Shown one piece after another: positions 1 to 12,222 of a stretch of DNA of 64,000 nt (positions are counted from its first letter, which is position 1; each line of letters opens with the position of its first letter). The translations under genes and the position numbers were made by a program. The stretch covers positions 326,982 through 390,981 of the forward strand of contig CAVSDF010000008.1 of NCBI GenBank assembly GCA_963726715.1, in the 5' to 3' direction. This stretch comes from Rhodothermales bacterium (GTDB taxonomy: Bacteria > Bacteroidota > Rhodothermia > Rhodothermales > BA12). The notes below the pieces were generated by a model. It worked only from the letters and a program-made list of their open reading frames with translations, searched no databases and was not told the origin of the DNA.

Positions 1-1604
1 TCGCCAACCTCTACCGGCTCGACGGGATGGAGGGCGAGGGTGGCGCGGCGGGCGTTCCCGTCGCCCTCACCGACCTGCTCGTCGGCATCGACGGCGCCGT
101 CGCCCTCTCGCCCGACGGTTCGCGCGCGCTCGCGCCCGGCCTCGACGGGGGCTGGCCGACGCTCGTGCTCCTGCGCACGCCCCTCGCGCTGCCCGCCGCC
201 GCGCCCGCGCCGACGCTCGCCGTCGGCGGTGCCCGCGCGCCCATCTACGCCGCCTCGACGCGCGAGCGCCGCGCCCTCAACCCGTTCCTCCGCGCCGCCG
301 CGCCCGTCGCCACCGTCCCGCCCGACAGCGCCCCGCGCGACAGCACCGGCGGCCCTCCCGACTTCGGCGCGCCGACGCTTCCCGATCCCTCCGCGTTCGA
401 CACGACCGGCCTCGGCGCCCTCCTCGCCGCCGTCGCCGCCGAGGGGCCGGAGCCGTACCGCTACGACGCCGCCCGCGCCCGCGACGCCGACGGGCAGCTC
501 ACCGCGCGCCCGTACCGGCTGCTCTTCTCCGCCGACGCCCTCGGCGGCACCGCCGGTCTCGACGCGCTCTACGGCGTGCAGGCGGTCGCTCAGCTGCGCG
601 CGAGCGACCTGCTCGGCAACCACGTCTTCACCGCCGCCTCGAACCTGCTGCTCGACCTGCGCAACTCCGACTACTCGCTCGGCTACGCCTACCGCCCGCG
701 CCCGGTCGACGTGAGCGCGCAGATCTTCCACACCGCGCGCTTGGTGCCGGAGTCCGACGACGCCGCGCGCCTGACGCGCTACCGCTACTACGGAGCGTCG
801 ATTGGCGCGAGCGTGCCGTTCGACGGGTTGCGCCGCGTCGACGCGTCGCTGACCCTTGCTGCCGTCTCGCAGGCGAGCGTCTTCGAACCCGCGCAGCGCC
901 CGGTCTCACGGCGTTTGCTGCTGCCGTCGGTCACGTTCACCCTCGACCGCGCCATCGACGGCGTGGCGACGGCCATCGGGGGCGAGCGGGCGGCGATCAC
1001 GGCGACCGCCTCACCGGTCGGGGACGCGCGCTTCGTGTCGGTCGTCGGCGATGCGCGGCTCTACCGGAGCACCGCGCGCGAGGCGCTCGTGTTTGCGCTT
1101 CGCGGGGCGGCGGGCGGCTCGTTCGGGCGGCGGCCACAGCGGTTCTACGGCGCCGGGGTCGTCGGCTGGCTCGATCCGTCGTTCGCCGCCGACGCCTTCC
1201 CCATCGTCCAACTCGAAGACTTCGCCTTCGCCACGCCAGTGCTTCCGCTGCGCGGCTACCGCCTCGGCGCGCGGAGCGGGACCGCGTACGCGCTCGTCAA
1301 CGCCGAGGCGCGGTTGCCGCGCGTCGCGCTCATCGGCGCGCCCTCGGGGCCGGTGCTGCCGCTGCAAGGCGTGCTCTTCGCCGACATCGCCGCTTTTTCC
1401 GGGCCGGGCAACGGGCGCTTCCGCGTCCTCACCTCGGGTGGCCCCGGCGCGCCGCGCCGACTCGACGACGTGCTCGTCGGCGTCGGCGGTGGGCTGCGGA
1501 CGTCGGTGCTCGGGCTGCCGGTGCGCGCCGACATCGGCTGGCCGTTCGACGGAGCGGTCGTCGGGAGTCCGCTGCTCTACCTCTCGCTCGGCGCCGAGTT
1601 CTGA
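1..1604 (+). CDS. outer-membrane beta-barrel protein (Omp85/surface-antigen-like), C-terminal part; 5' end outside window
   Basis: The frame of ORF 27..1604 stays open back to nt 3 (ANLYRLDGMEGEG...), so the gene starts upstream. Alternating beta-strand pattern (YGVQAVAQLRASDLLGNHVFTAASNLLLDL, SLGYAYRP). C-terminus ...LLYLSLGAEF ends in Phe, as in OM barrels. Family call from pattern only. Confidence 0.5.
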   Translation, partial: ANLYRLDGMEGEGGAAGVPVALTDLLVGIDGAVALSPDGSRALAPGLDGGWPTLVLLRTPLALPAAAPAPTLAVGGARAPIYAASTRERRALNPFLRAAAPVATVPPDSAPRDSTGGPPDFGAPTLPDPSAFDTTGLGALLAAVAAEGPEPYRYDAARARDADGQLTARPYRLLFSADALGGTAGLDALYGVQAVAQLRASDLLGNHVFTAASNLLLDLRNSDYSLGYAYRPRPVDVSAQIFHTARLVPESDDAARLTRYRYYGASIGASVPFDGLRRVDASLTLAAVSQASVFEPAQRPVSRRLLLPSVTFTLDRAIDGVATAIGGERAAITATASPVGDARFVSVVGDARLYRSTAREALVFALRGAAGGSFGRRPQRFYGAGVVGWLDPSFAADAFPIVQLEDFAFATPVLPLRGYRLGARSGTAYALVNAEARLPRVALIGAPSGPVLPLQGVLFADIAAFSGPGNGRFRVLTSGGPGAPRRLDDVLVGVGGGLRTSVLGLPVRADIGWPFDGAVVGSPLLYLSLGAEF

Positions 1605-1632
1605 GCGAGCAGGCGGGGGTGGGTCAGGCTCC

Positions 1633-1674
1633 AAATCTGCCGTGAGCGTTCGGAAATGCCTGCACGGCAGATTT
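1633..1674 (+). terminator. stem-loop 3' of the OM barrel gene
   Basis: AAATCTGCCGTG (1633-1644) pairs perfectly with CACGGCAGATTT (1663-1674), with an 18-nt loop, 29 nt after the stop. No clean T-tract. Confidence 0.35.
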
Positions 1675-1762
1675 CGGTCATGTCCGTTACAGTTTGCCGG
1701 TCGAGTTCTTGGGGGCTTCCCTCGAAAGACGTGTATCCTTGGCGCTGCCTGATCCCGTACTG

Positions 1763-2110
1763 ATGTCTTTCGTTCTCCGCAACGCCTTCGCCCCCTCGTC
1801 GGGGCTCGCCCTCGGCCTTCGCCTCGTCCTGTTCGAAGACCGGATCGAGCTTCGCCGCTTCGGTTTTTGTGTTCGCACCGCGACGCTCGACGAGATCGAG
1901 GACGTGTTCATCGCCGCCTCCTCGACGGACCGGCGAAACATTCGCATCCGCGTGCGCGGCCAGAAGGCCATCGACGGGAATGTGGAGGCGGTGTCGCTGT
2001 GGAAGTTCGCGCTCCGCGACCGCCTCGACCTCGTCGAGCCGGCGGCGGTCGTGCCGCAGCGCGAGGCGACGAGCCAGCCGCGCGGGCGCAGCTTCCTGGC
2101 TGCCGCCTGA
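1763..2110 (+). CDS. hypothetical protein (115 aa)
   Basis: ATG 1763 inside ORF 1694..2110 (MSFVLRNAFAPSSGLALGLRLVLFEDRIELRRFG...). GC-rich third codon positions. No motif recognised. Confidence 0.35.
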   Translation: MSFVLRNAFAPSSGLALGLRLVLFEDRIELRRFGFCVRTATLDEIEDVFIAASSTDRRNIRIRVRGQKAIDGNVEAVSLWKFALRDRLDLVEPAAVVPQREATSQPRGRSFLAAA

Positions 2111-2317
2111 GGATGGCGACCTGAGCGACGCGCGCTGCGCCTGCTGCTTCGCCGATTATTGGAGCGCGCCGCGGAACGCCGACCGCGCGTTGCCCATACG
2201 ACGCGCCCCTGACCTGCCTTTCGCCGCGCCGGCACCCGTTGCCAGCGCGGCGCTCGTTTGACCCCGCGCCACCCGCGGCCGCCCCTTCCCGCAGCCTCCC
2301 TGCCCGCCATCCTCCGA

Positions 2318-3841
2318 ATGCAGACCACGATTTCCCAGATCGGCCCGGCCGACTACCAGCTCGACATCGTCGGCCCTGCCGCCGACATGGCCCCGCGTTT
2401 CGACGCCGCCCTACGGCGCCAGCGCGGACGCGTGCAGCCGCGCGGCTTCCGCCCCGGCAAGGCCCCGCTCGACCTCGTCCGCCGCCTCTACGGGCGCGAG
2501 ATCGCGGGCACGCTCGCCGAGGAGACCGTGCAGGAGACCTACCAGGCCGAGGTCGTCGAGCAGTACGAGGTCATCGGGCGCCCGCAGCTGACCCGCCTCG
2601 ACTTCGACGGCACCGGCGACCTGAACGCGACGGTCCGCTTCGGCGTCCGCCCCGATGTCGAGATCGTCGGCCTGAGCGGCCAGACGATGACGCGCCTCGT
2701 CCACGAGATCACCGACGAGGAGATCGACGCCGAACTCGCCGCCCTGCGCCGCACCGCCGCCACCGAGACCGAAGCCGACGCCGAAGACGGCCACGCGATC
2801 ACCGACGCCGATGTCGCCGTCGTCGACCTGCTGCCCATCGCCGACGTGGCGACCGAGGGCGAGGGCGATGCCCCGGCACCGCACGACGTGCAGGCCGAGA
2901 CCGGCGTGCGCGTCGAGATGGACGACACGCGCGTCCACGAGGCGCTCCGCGAGGCGCTCGTCGGCAAGACGGCGGGCGAGAGCGTCGAGGTCGAGCTTCC
3001 GCACGGCGAGGGCGAGACGGCGCACGCGCACCGCTACGCCGTGACGGTGCAGTCGGTCAAGACGCGCACGCTTCCCGAACTCGACGACGCCTTCGCCGCC
3101 GAGGCCTCGAACGGACGCCACGAAACGCTCACCGCCCTCCGCGACGATGTCCGCAGCGACCTCGACCGCTCGTGGACGCAGCGGCAGCGCGAGTACAACG
3201 AGTCGCAGATGATCGAGGCCCTCCTCGCGGCCAACCCGATCCCGGTGCCGTCGAGCGCTGTCGAGATCTTCCTCGAATCGTTCCTGCGCGGCATCGCCGA
3301 CGAGAACGAGGGCAAGCTGCCCGAGGGCTTCGACGTGAACGGCTACGCGCAGCGCATGTCGCCCGAGGCCGAGCGGCAGGCGCGCTGGATGCTCGTGCGC
3401 GACGCGCTCGTCGAGAGCCACGGCGTCGAGGTCGGCGACGAGGACATCGACGCGTACTTCGCCCGCACCGCGCAGGGCCTCGACCCGTCGCTCCTGCGCC
3501 GCCTCTACGCCGGGCAGGAAGGCGTGATGGACCGCTTGCAGCAGCAGATCCTGTCGGAGAAGCTCTTCGGCGTTCTGTCGGAGGACGTCACGTTCGAGGA
3601 CAAGAGCTTCGAAGCGGTGCAGGCCGAACTCGTCGCCCGCCGCGCCGCCGAACGCGCCGCCGCCGAGACCGCCCGCGCCGAGGCCGAAGCTGCCGACGCC
3701 GAGCGCAAGGCCGAGATGCGCAAGAAGGGCGGCCCGCGCAAGAAGGCCGCTGCTGACGACGCCACGGAAGACGCCGCCGCTGAGACGCCCGCCGTCGACG
3801 TGCCTGAGGCGGACTCCGACGGCGACAGCGCCGCCGCCTGA
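2318..3841 (+). CDS. tig: trigger factor
   Basis: ATG 2318 in ORF 2258..3841. The N-terminus MQTTISQIGPADYQLDI...PRGFRPGKAPLDLVRRLYG carries the trigger-factor GFRxGxxP ribosome-binding signature. Followed by clpP, the usual arrangement. Confidence 0.9.
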   Translation: MQTTISQIGPADYQLDIVGPAADMAPRFDAALRRQRGRVQPRGFRPGKAPLDLVRRLYGREIAGTLAEETVQETYQAEVVEQYEVIGRPQLTRLDFDGTGDLNATVRFGVRPDVEIVGLSGQTMTRLVHEITDEEIDAELAALRRTAATETEADAEDGHAITDADVAVVDLLPIADVATEGEGDAPAPHDVQAETGVRVEMDDTRVHEALREALVGKTAGESVEVELPHGEGETAHAHRYAVTVQSVKTRTLPELDDAFAAEASNGRHETLTALRDDVRSDLDRSWTQRQREYNESQMIEALLAANPIPVPSSAVEIFLESFLRGIADENEGKLPEGFDVNGYAQRMSPEAERQARWMLVRDALVESHGVEVGDEDIDAYFARTAQGLDPSLLRRLYAGQEGVMDRLQQQILSEKLFGVLSEDVTFEDKSFEAVQAELVARRAAERAAAETARAEAEAADAERKAEMRKKGGPRKKAAADDATEDAAAETPAVDVPEADSDGDSAAA

Positions 3842-3864
3842 TCCACGCGCCGCCCCGTGGACGA

Positions 3865-3898
3865 CACCTGTCAGGTCTTCGGGCCTGACAGGTGTTTT
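3865..3898 (+). terminator. rho-independent terminator of tig
   Basis: CACCTGTCAGG-tcttcggg-CCTGACAGGTG followed by TTTTCGG, 24 nt after the tig stop. Confidence 0.75.
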
Positions 3899-3931
3899 CG
3901 GTTCAGGATGACCGTCACAGCCGAACCGGAC

Positions 3932-3959
3932 GTAGGGGCACGAACTATCGTGCCCCTAC
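3932..3959. repeat. REP-like hairpin, GTAGGGGC...GCCCCTAC family (CACGA/TCGTG interior)
   Basis: GTAGGGGCACGA-acta-TCGTGCCCCTAC, a perfect 12-bp stem in the tig-clpP spacer. Related hairpins at 23165, 27090, 58836 and 60893. Confidence 0.8.
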
Positions 3960-4061
3960 CGCCACCACGCCCCCCCCGGAACCGCCGTTTCGGGTTCCCG
4001 TGAACAGCCCTGCGCGCCGCCCGTGCGCGCCATTCCATTCCGACATCCCCGCCCTCTCCCC

Positions 4062-4784
4062 ATGGTTCAGGACTTCCTCCACTACGCCAAAGACCTCCGC
4101 CTGCCCTCGTCGATCTCGACGGTCGGCCTCGGCGACCAGCCCCTCGCCGGTCTCGTGCCGATGGTCGTCGAGCAGACGTCGCGGGGCGAGCGCTCGTTCG
4201 ACATCTTCTCGCGCCTGCTCCGCGACCGCATCGTCATCATCGGCACCGGAATCGACGCGAGCATCGCCAACCTGACCATCGCGCAGCTGCTCTTCCTCGC
4301 CTCCGAAGACCCCGCGCGGCCCATCAACATGTACATCAACTCGCCCGGCGGCGAGGTGTACTCGGGCATGGCGATCTACGACACGATGCAGTTCGTGCAG
4401 CCGGAAGTGTCGACGCTCTGCGTCGGCCTCGCGGCGTCGATGGGGTCGGTGCTGCTCGCGGGCGGCGCCGAGGGCAAGCGCGCGGCGCTCCCGAACAGCC
4501 GCATCATGCTCCACCAGCCGAGCGGCGGCGCGCAGGGAATGGCCTCCGACATCGAGATCGTCGCCAAGGAGATCGCCTGGATCAAGGACCGCCTCTATTC
4601 CGTCCTCGCCCACCACACCGGCAAGACGGTCGAGCGGCTCCGCCACGACGCCGACCGCGACTACTGGCTCGGCGCCCACGACGCCAAGGACTACGGCCTC
4701 ATCGACCAGGTCTTCGAGCCGCGCCGCGGCTACAAGCCCGATCCGCAGGTCGACGACACGATCAAGAAGGAAGGCGAGGGCTGA
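4062..4784 (+). CDS. clpP: ATP-dependent Clp protease proteolytic subunit
   Basis: ATG 4062 in ORF 4023..4784. ClpP motifs [17 protein letters not shown] (catalytic Ser) and IMLHQPSGG (His). Directly downstream of tig. Confidence 0.93.
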   Translation: MVQDFLHYAKDLRLPSSISTVGLGDQPLAGLVPMVVEQTSRGERSFDIFSRLLRDRIVIIGTGIDASIANLTIAQLLFLASEDPARPINMYINSPGGEVYSGMAIYDTMQFVQPEVSTLCVGLAASMGSVLLAGGAEGKRAALPNSRIMLHQPSGGAQGMASDIEIVAKEIAWIKDRLYSVLAHHTGKTVERLRHDADRDYWLGAHDAKDYGLIDQVFEPRRGYKPDPQVDDTIKKEGEG

Positions 4785-4801
4785 CGCACTCCGCCCCCAT
4801 C

Positions 4802-4842
4802 GCAGCGCGCCCCGCCCGGAGTCTCCGAGCGGGGCGCGCTGC
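4802..4842. terminator. bidirectional stem-loop between convergent clpP and the T9SS-substrate gene
   Basis: GCAGCGCGCCCCGC (4802-4815) and GCGGGGCGCGCTGC (4829-4842) form a 14-bp perfect stem with a 13-nt loop. Confidence 0.6.
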
Positions 4843-4860
4843 GTTCGTGGATGCCGCGCG

Positions 4861-6533
4861 TCAGCGGGCGACGACGAACGTGCGGGTCTCGACCGTCCCG
4901 CCGCCGACGAGGCGAACCGCGTAGACGCCCGGCGCCAGCGCCGACGTGTCGATGCCGACCTCGTCGCCGGATGCGAGCGGACCCTCGTGCAACCGCGCGA
5001 CCGTCCGCCCGAGGGCGTCGTGGAGGGTGACGGTGGCGTCATCGACGCTGCGCCCGATGGCGACCGCCGCGTGCGCGCCGACCGGGTTCGGACCGACGAG
5101 GCGAAGCATCCCGCTGCGGGCCGTCTCGCGCGCAGCCACGCCGGTGAAGGCGCCGCCGCGCACGCGCACGACGACGAGGTCGCTGACGCCGCGCGAGGTG
5201 AAGGTCTCGGCGCCGAAGACGTTGCCCGCGCCCTGGAAGTTGCCCGTCACGTAGACCGCGCCGTCGCGCGCCGCCGCCGAATACGCCGCATCGAACGACG
5301 GCCCGCCACCGGAGACGAGGCCGTCGCCGAACGCTGCCCGCGGCGCTGATCGTCGGCGGCGACGAGATCGCTGCCGCCCTGCGTGACGAGCGGCACCGCG
5401 CCGACGGTGGACGGCGTGTTGAGGTTGCCCGCGACGAGCGCTGCGCCGCCGGGGAGCGCCGCCGCCGCGCGCCACGAGTCGTCCTCCGGCCCGCCTGCGA
5501 GGCGCACCCAGCGGACGTCGCCGTCGGGCGAGAGGCGGACGGCGAGGGCGTCGGACTTGCCGGCAGTCGTGAGCGTCTCGCTTCCGAAGACGCCGCCGGA
5601 GGTGCCGAGGATGCCCGCGAAGACGAAATCGCCGTCGGTCATCGCGGCGCCGTCGAACGCGAAATCGGCGGAGCCGCCGCCCATCGAGCGGGTCCAGAGG
5701 AGGCGTCCGTCGGCGCCGTAGCGGGCGGCGGCGATGTCGGTGCTGCCGCGCGAGACGAGCGTGTCGGCGGTGGGGCGCGAGGGGTCGGTGTAGCCTGCGC
5801 GGGTGCGGAAGGTACCGGCCACGTAGACGCCGCCGCCGGGCGCCGCGGCGACCGTCCGCCACGTGTCCTCGTCGGAGGTGCCGCCGCCGGTGCGGATCCA
5901 CGCGAGCGAGCGGTCGGGGCGCACGCGCGCGAGCCATGCATCCCCGAGACCCGCCGACTGCACGACGCCACCGCCGATGGTCGCCGCCGTGTGGAAGTCG
6001 CCCGCGGCGTAGAAGCCGCCGTCGGGCTCGACGACGAAGTCGCGGAGGTAGTCGTCGTTGGCGACGCCACCGCCCGTCCATCCCCATTCGTACACACCGT
6101 CTCCGGTGTAGCGGGCGACGAAGGCGTCGCGGTTGTTGCCGTTGGCGTAGAGCGAGTCGCCCGAGCCGAAGCCGATGCTGCGCGTGAACGTGCCGCCGAC
6201 GTAGACGCTGCCGTTCGGCCCGGTCTCGACGGCGTACGCGAAGTCGGCGCGGTTGCTGCCCGCGCGCCGCGCCCACCGCACGGTGCCATCGGGGGCGAGG
6301 CGCATCAGCAGAATGTCGGCGCTGCCCGCGCTCACGAGCGAGTCCGGCCCGAAGCGCACGCCTGCCGCGAACGACCCGGCGACGAAGACATCGCCGCCGG
6401 GGGCGATGGCGAGGCCGTAGCCGTACTCGGCGCCGGTGCCGCCCCACGCGCGCGCCCACTGGAACGACGGCTGCGCGGCGGCGGGAATCGTGAGGGCGGC
6501 GGCGAGGACCGCAAGTGGAAGCAACCGGCGCAT
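4861..6533 (-). CDS. secreted beta-propeller-repeat protein with T9SS C-terminal sorting domain (frame broken near 5325-5350)
   Basis: Signal peptide MRRLLPLAVLAAALTIPAAAQ (ATG 6533). Repeated ...DAFVARY/GGTF/AGSF... propeller-like units. The last ~80 aa (...VTLHDALGRTVARLHEGPLASGDEVGIDTSALAPGVYAVRLVGGGTVETRTFVVAR) resemble a Por secretion tail. The length of 1673 nt is not divisible by 3; the sequence continues from the frame of ORF 5247..8030 into that of ORF 4861..6459. Confidence 0.7.
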
Positions 6534-6687
6534 GGGCAGTGTGGGAGAAAGGGAAGGGGGGAGGAGACAGCGGACGACGGGATGCGTCAAGCTACGGCGC
6601 CGGACGCGCCCGTTCGGGCCCGAACGCAGCGCGGCCCCGCGTGTCCGGAGACACGCGGGGCCGCGAGAGAAGGAGTGCGCCGGAGCG

Positions 6688-8030
<1,343 letters not shown>

Positions 8031-8479
8031 GGAGGTGATTGAGTGTAGACGATGGAGACCGCGAACGCCGCCCGGCGGGCAGCGTCCAGAGATCTTGCAG
8101 GCGAATCACACCTCGTCTGGCACTCGGGCGCCACGCAGGCGCCTCCGAACCCCTCGAAGCCTCATCCTCGCGCATCCACTTCGTGGAAGGGAGGCAGACG
8201 CAGCATGCAACTCTCGTCAGCGGTCAGAAACAAGCCGCATCCGAGAGGTCCCGGGTGTCCCGATTGGATCGGGAGACGTAGCCGGGGAGCGCAGAGGCGG
8301 GCAACACCGCGGCACAGGGGCCGCGTGGAGTCTGCTACGGCGGCGGCGCGCGCGGGTCCCCGTGAGGGCGCGAAGAGACGGCGGAGACAGCGCGCGGAGG
8401 CGGTGAAGTCCGTGGTCCGCACCGCTTCGTCTCGACTGGCCCCGCTCCGACGCGATTGTGTCCGCTCCCGCGAGACGCC

Positions 8480-9082
8480 TTAGCGGCCGCCGCCTCCGGG
8501 AAGGAACAGGGATGCGATGGGGTCGAGCGGCGCCGGGACCGTCGTGCCGCGCGCGACCACGAAGACCGAGGTCGCGCGGGCGGTGTCGGAGGCGCTGTCG
8601 AAGGTCAGGCCGACGCCCGCGCCAGGGGCGTAAAGGTGCGCTGACCCGAACGGAACCGCCTGCGGGTAGAGCAGGGCCACATCGGAGCGGCGGACGCCGC
8701 CGGGACGGAGGGCGTCGGGCGAGGCGCGGACCATGCGCACGTGGTAGCCCGTGCCCCCGGCGGTATCGGCGACGGCGAACACGGCGATCCAACCGGACGA
8801 ATCGCCCGAGGCGGATCCGGCAGACGGACGGCGCCAGGCGGTCAGCATCTCGCCGGGGCCCGCCGCATCGAGCGCAGGCACGCCCATGTGCACCGCGACG
8901 CTGTCGTAGGCCATCCCAACGGCCGCCGTCCCGATGGACACGCCCGGCACGACCTCGCCTGTGGCGCCGTTCACACCAGAGGGCGCCGTCTGGGCGGTGA
9001 GCGAATCGGCGGGCGCGGTCGACGGGTCCGCAGGTTGACAGGCGGCGAGGGGCAGCAGAAGGGTAGCCAGGGCAAAGCGCAT
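8480..9082 (-). CDS. lipoprotein, unknown function
   Basis: ATG 9082 in ORF 8480..9202. MRFALATLLLPLAAC is a signal peptide with a lipobox Cys. No family recognised. Confidence 0.55.
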   Translation of the reverse strand: MRFALATLLLPLAACQPADPSTAPADSLTAQTAPSGVNGATGEVVPGVSIGTAAVGMAYDSVAVHMGVPALDAAGPGEMLTAWRRPSAGSASGDSSGWIAVFAVADTAGGTGYHVRMVRASPDALRPGGVRRSDVALLYPQAVPFGSAHLYAPGAGVGLTFDSASDTARATSVFVVARGTTVPAPLDPIASLFLPGGGGR

Positions 9083-9200
9083 GGGCAATCGGGTCGAAAA
9101 TGGGGGAGCGCAATATAGAGGCACATCTGGCCCCGTTCTCCCCCGTTGCATACCGATGAGCGGAGTGCGGCTCCCGCCCCTTCCAGCCCGGTGCGACAGC

Positions 9201-9235
9201 AAAAAGCCTGTCAGGTCGGGGGACCTGACAGGCTT
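9201..9235 (-). terminator. rho-independent terminator of sucD
   Basis: The minus strand reads AAGCCTGTCAGGT-cccccg-ACCTGACAGGCTTTTT, 27 nt after the sucD stop. It shares the CCTGTCAGG core with the tig terminator. Confidence 0.75.
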
Positions 9236-9261
9236 GCGTGGTGCGGTGGGCGCTCAGGCGC

Positions 9262-10147
<886 letters not shown>

Positions 10148-10264
10148 GGGATGGTCTGGAAATGGTGTGATGAGACCGCCCAAGATACGCGCCCGCACCT
10201 GCCCGCCTCCGACGCCCGGTTGCCCGGAGCTACCGCCGAAGCCAAAATCCGTACCCACCAGACG

Positions 10265-10305
10265 CCCCGACGCCTCCCGCGCAGGCTGCACGGAAGGCGT
10301 CGGGG
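10265..10305 (-). terminator. stem-loop 3' of tatA
   Basis: CCCCGACGCCT (10265-10275) pairs with AGGCGTCGGGG (10295-10305), an 11-bp stem about 40 nt after the tatA stop. Confidence 0.4.
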
Positions 10306-10342
10306 AAGGAGCGTCGGCGCCCGGGCTGTGCCGGACGCTGCC

Positions 10343-10813
10343 TCAGAGGCGGCTCTCGCGCGGCGGGGGAGAGTCGTTGGCCGCGGCAGGCGGGACGGGC
10401 GCGTTCACGGTGCCGGTCGACGGGAGGCCGTGGGCCGGGTCGCCGGTCATGTCGGCGCTCGGGTAGAGGTGCGTCTCGTACGACGGCACCGCCTCGGCGG
10501 CGCCCCCAACGGCCGCGCTCGTCATCGGCGCGGGCATGGAGGCCGGGGCGCCGGGCATGCCGGGTGCTGCGGGCGTCGCGTAGACGATCGGCTCGCCGGT
10601 CATCGTGCGGGCGTACGTCTCGCCCTGCGGCGGGAGGCTCGGACGGCGGCTCTCGTCGACGGTCAGCTCACGCTTGATGTCGTTGGTCGCGTCTTTGAAC
10701 TCGCGGATGCCCTTGCCGAGGCCACGGGCGATCTCGGGGATGCGCCGCGCGCCGAAGAGCAGCAGGACGACGAGGAGGATGAGGAGGATTTCGGTGGCGC
10801 CGAGGTTTCCCAT
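10343..10813 (-). CDS. tatA: twin-arginine translocase subunit TatA/E with long Pro/Ala-rich tail
   Basis: ATG 10813. MGNLGATEILLILLVVLLLFGARRIPEIARGLGKGIREFKDA is the canonical TatA TM helix plus amphipathic helix. Confidence 0.85.
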   Translation of the reverse strand: MGNLGATEILLILLVVLLLFGARRIPEIARGLGKGIREFKDATNDIKRELTVDESRRPSLPPQGETYARTMTGEPIVYATPAAPGMPGAPASMPAPMTSAAVGGAAEAVPSYETHLYPSADMTGDPAHGLPSTGTVNAPVPPAAANDSPPPRESRL

Positions 10814-11090
10814 GGAAGCGGTGAGACGAGGGTGGAGCGGGCGGGCGGCGACGGATCGCCGCTGGCCGGGAGAGATCGGGCGCAACGAGGGGCCGCGCAG
10901 CCCGGTTTCGGCGGCATCCGGAGGCACGGCGTGTCGTTGCGGAATCGTGCCCCCGCGCGGGTCCGGCGCCGACACACGCCCCGCGCCGTAGATTGCCCAC
11001 GAAACGGCCCCCCATGCTCGACCCGTCTCGCCCCGCTCAGACGCCTCCGCGTCCGACGCTGCCACGCCCTCGGGCACATCGCCGCGCGCC

Positions 11091-12200
11091 GTGTCGCCCC
11101 GCGCGACGACCTCGCCACTCGCTGCCGTCGCGCTGCCCGGCGCCGCGCGGCCGGTCGCCTTTCCACCGCTCTCGCGCGACGATGTGGCGCGGTGGCCCAA
11201 GGCAGAGCTGCACTGCCACCTCGACGGCTCGCTGCGCCTGGAAACGATGCTCGAACTCGCCCGCGAGCAGGGCAAGATGGACGTGCTGCCGTCGGATTCG
11301 GTCGAGGGTCTGACGGCCATCCTCCGGCAGGTCGACGACTCGGAGACGCTGGAGGCGTACCTGCGGTGGTTTTCGTACTCGATTCCGCTCATGCAGACGC
11401 GCGAGGCGCTCTCGCGGATCGCCTACGAACTCGCCGAAGACAACGCGCGCGAGAACGTCCGCTACCTCGAAGTCCGCTACGGCCCCATCCTCCACACCGA
11501 CGAAGGGCTGACGATGGCGGAGGTCAACGAGGCGGTCTACGACGGCCTCAAAACTGCCGAGCGCGACTTCGGCATCCGCTCGGGCATCATCGTCTGCGGC
11601 CTCCGCGACCGGCGCGAGTCGGCGAGTCTGGCGCAGGCCGAACTGGCGGCGGCGCACCGCGACAAGGGCGTCATCGGCTTCGACCTCGCGGGCGGCGAGC
11701 GCGGCAACCCGGCGGAGCTGCACGGGGCGGCGTTCTACTTCGCGCGCAAGCACCTGCTCAACATCACGATCCACGCGGGCGAGGCGTACGGGCCGGAGTC
11801 GATCCGGCAGGCGCTCTTCAAGTGCGGCGCGCACCGCATCGGCCACGGCACGAGCCTGTGGGAGGACGAGGAGCTGCTGCGCTACGTCATCGACCGGCAG
11901 ATCCCGCTCGAAGTCTGCCCGACGTCGAACGTGCAGACGAAGGTCGTGAGCGGCTTCGCCGAGCACCCGCTGCGCCGCTACCTGGAGGCAGGCGTCGCGG
12001 TGACGATCAACACCGACAACCGCCTCTTCTCGCGCACGACCGTCACCGACGAGCTCTGGCGCATCCACACGCTCTGCGGCGTGCCCGCGACGCTCGTGCG
12101 CGACGCCGTCATCCTCGGCTTCCGCCACGCCTTCCTGCCGTGGGACGAGAAGCAGGACTTCGTGCGCATGGCCCGCGCCGCCATCCCCCGCTACGCCTGA
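11091..12200 (+). CDS. add: adenosine deaminase
   Basis: ORF 11091..12200 (GTG start; an alternative GTG near 11184). Motifs PKAELHCHLDGS, ITIHAGEAYG, HRIGHG, EVCPTSN and TINTDN, the metal and catalytic residues of the ADA family. Confidence 0.85.
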   Translation: MSPRATTSPLAAVALPGAARPVAFPPLSRDDVARWPKAELHCHLDGSLRLETMLELAREQGKMDVLPSDSVEGLTAILRQVDDSETLEAYLRWFSYSIPLMQTREALSRIAYELAEDNARENVRYLEVRYGPILHTDEGLTMAEVNEAVYDGLKTAERDFGIRSGIIVCGLRDRRESASLAQAELAAAHRDKGVIGFDLAGGERGNPAELHGAAFYFARKHLLNITIHAGEAYGPESIRQALFKCGAHRIGHGTSLWEDEELLRYVIDRQIPLEVCPTSNVQTKVVSGFAEHPLRRYLEAGVAVTINTDNRLFSRTTVTDELWRIHTLCGVPATLVRDAVILGFRHAFLPWDEKQDFVRMARAAIPRYA

Positions 12201-12222
12201 CGCACACCGGGAGCCGGTGCGC

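Noticed and set aside
4785-4860. Missing clpX after tig-clpP as a sign of rearrangement.
   Set aside because: clpX is frequently unlinked from clpP in many phyla. A clean bidirectional terminator follows clpP, so there is nothing unusual to explain.
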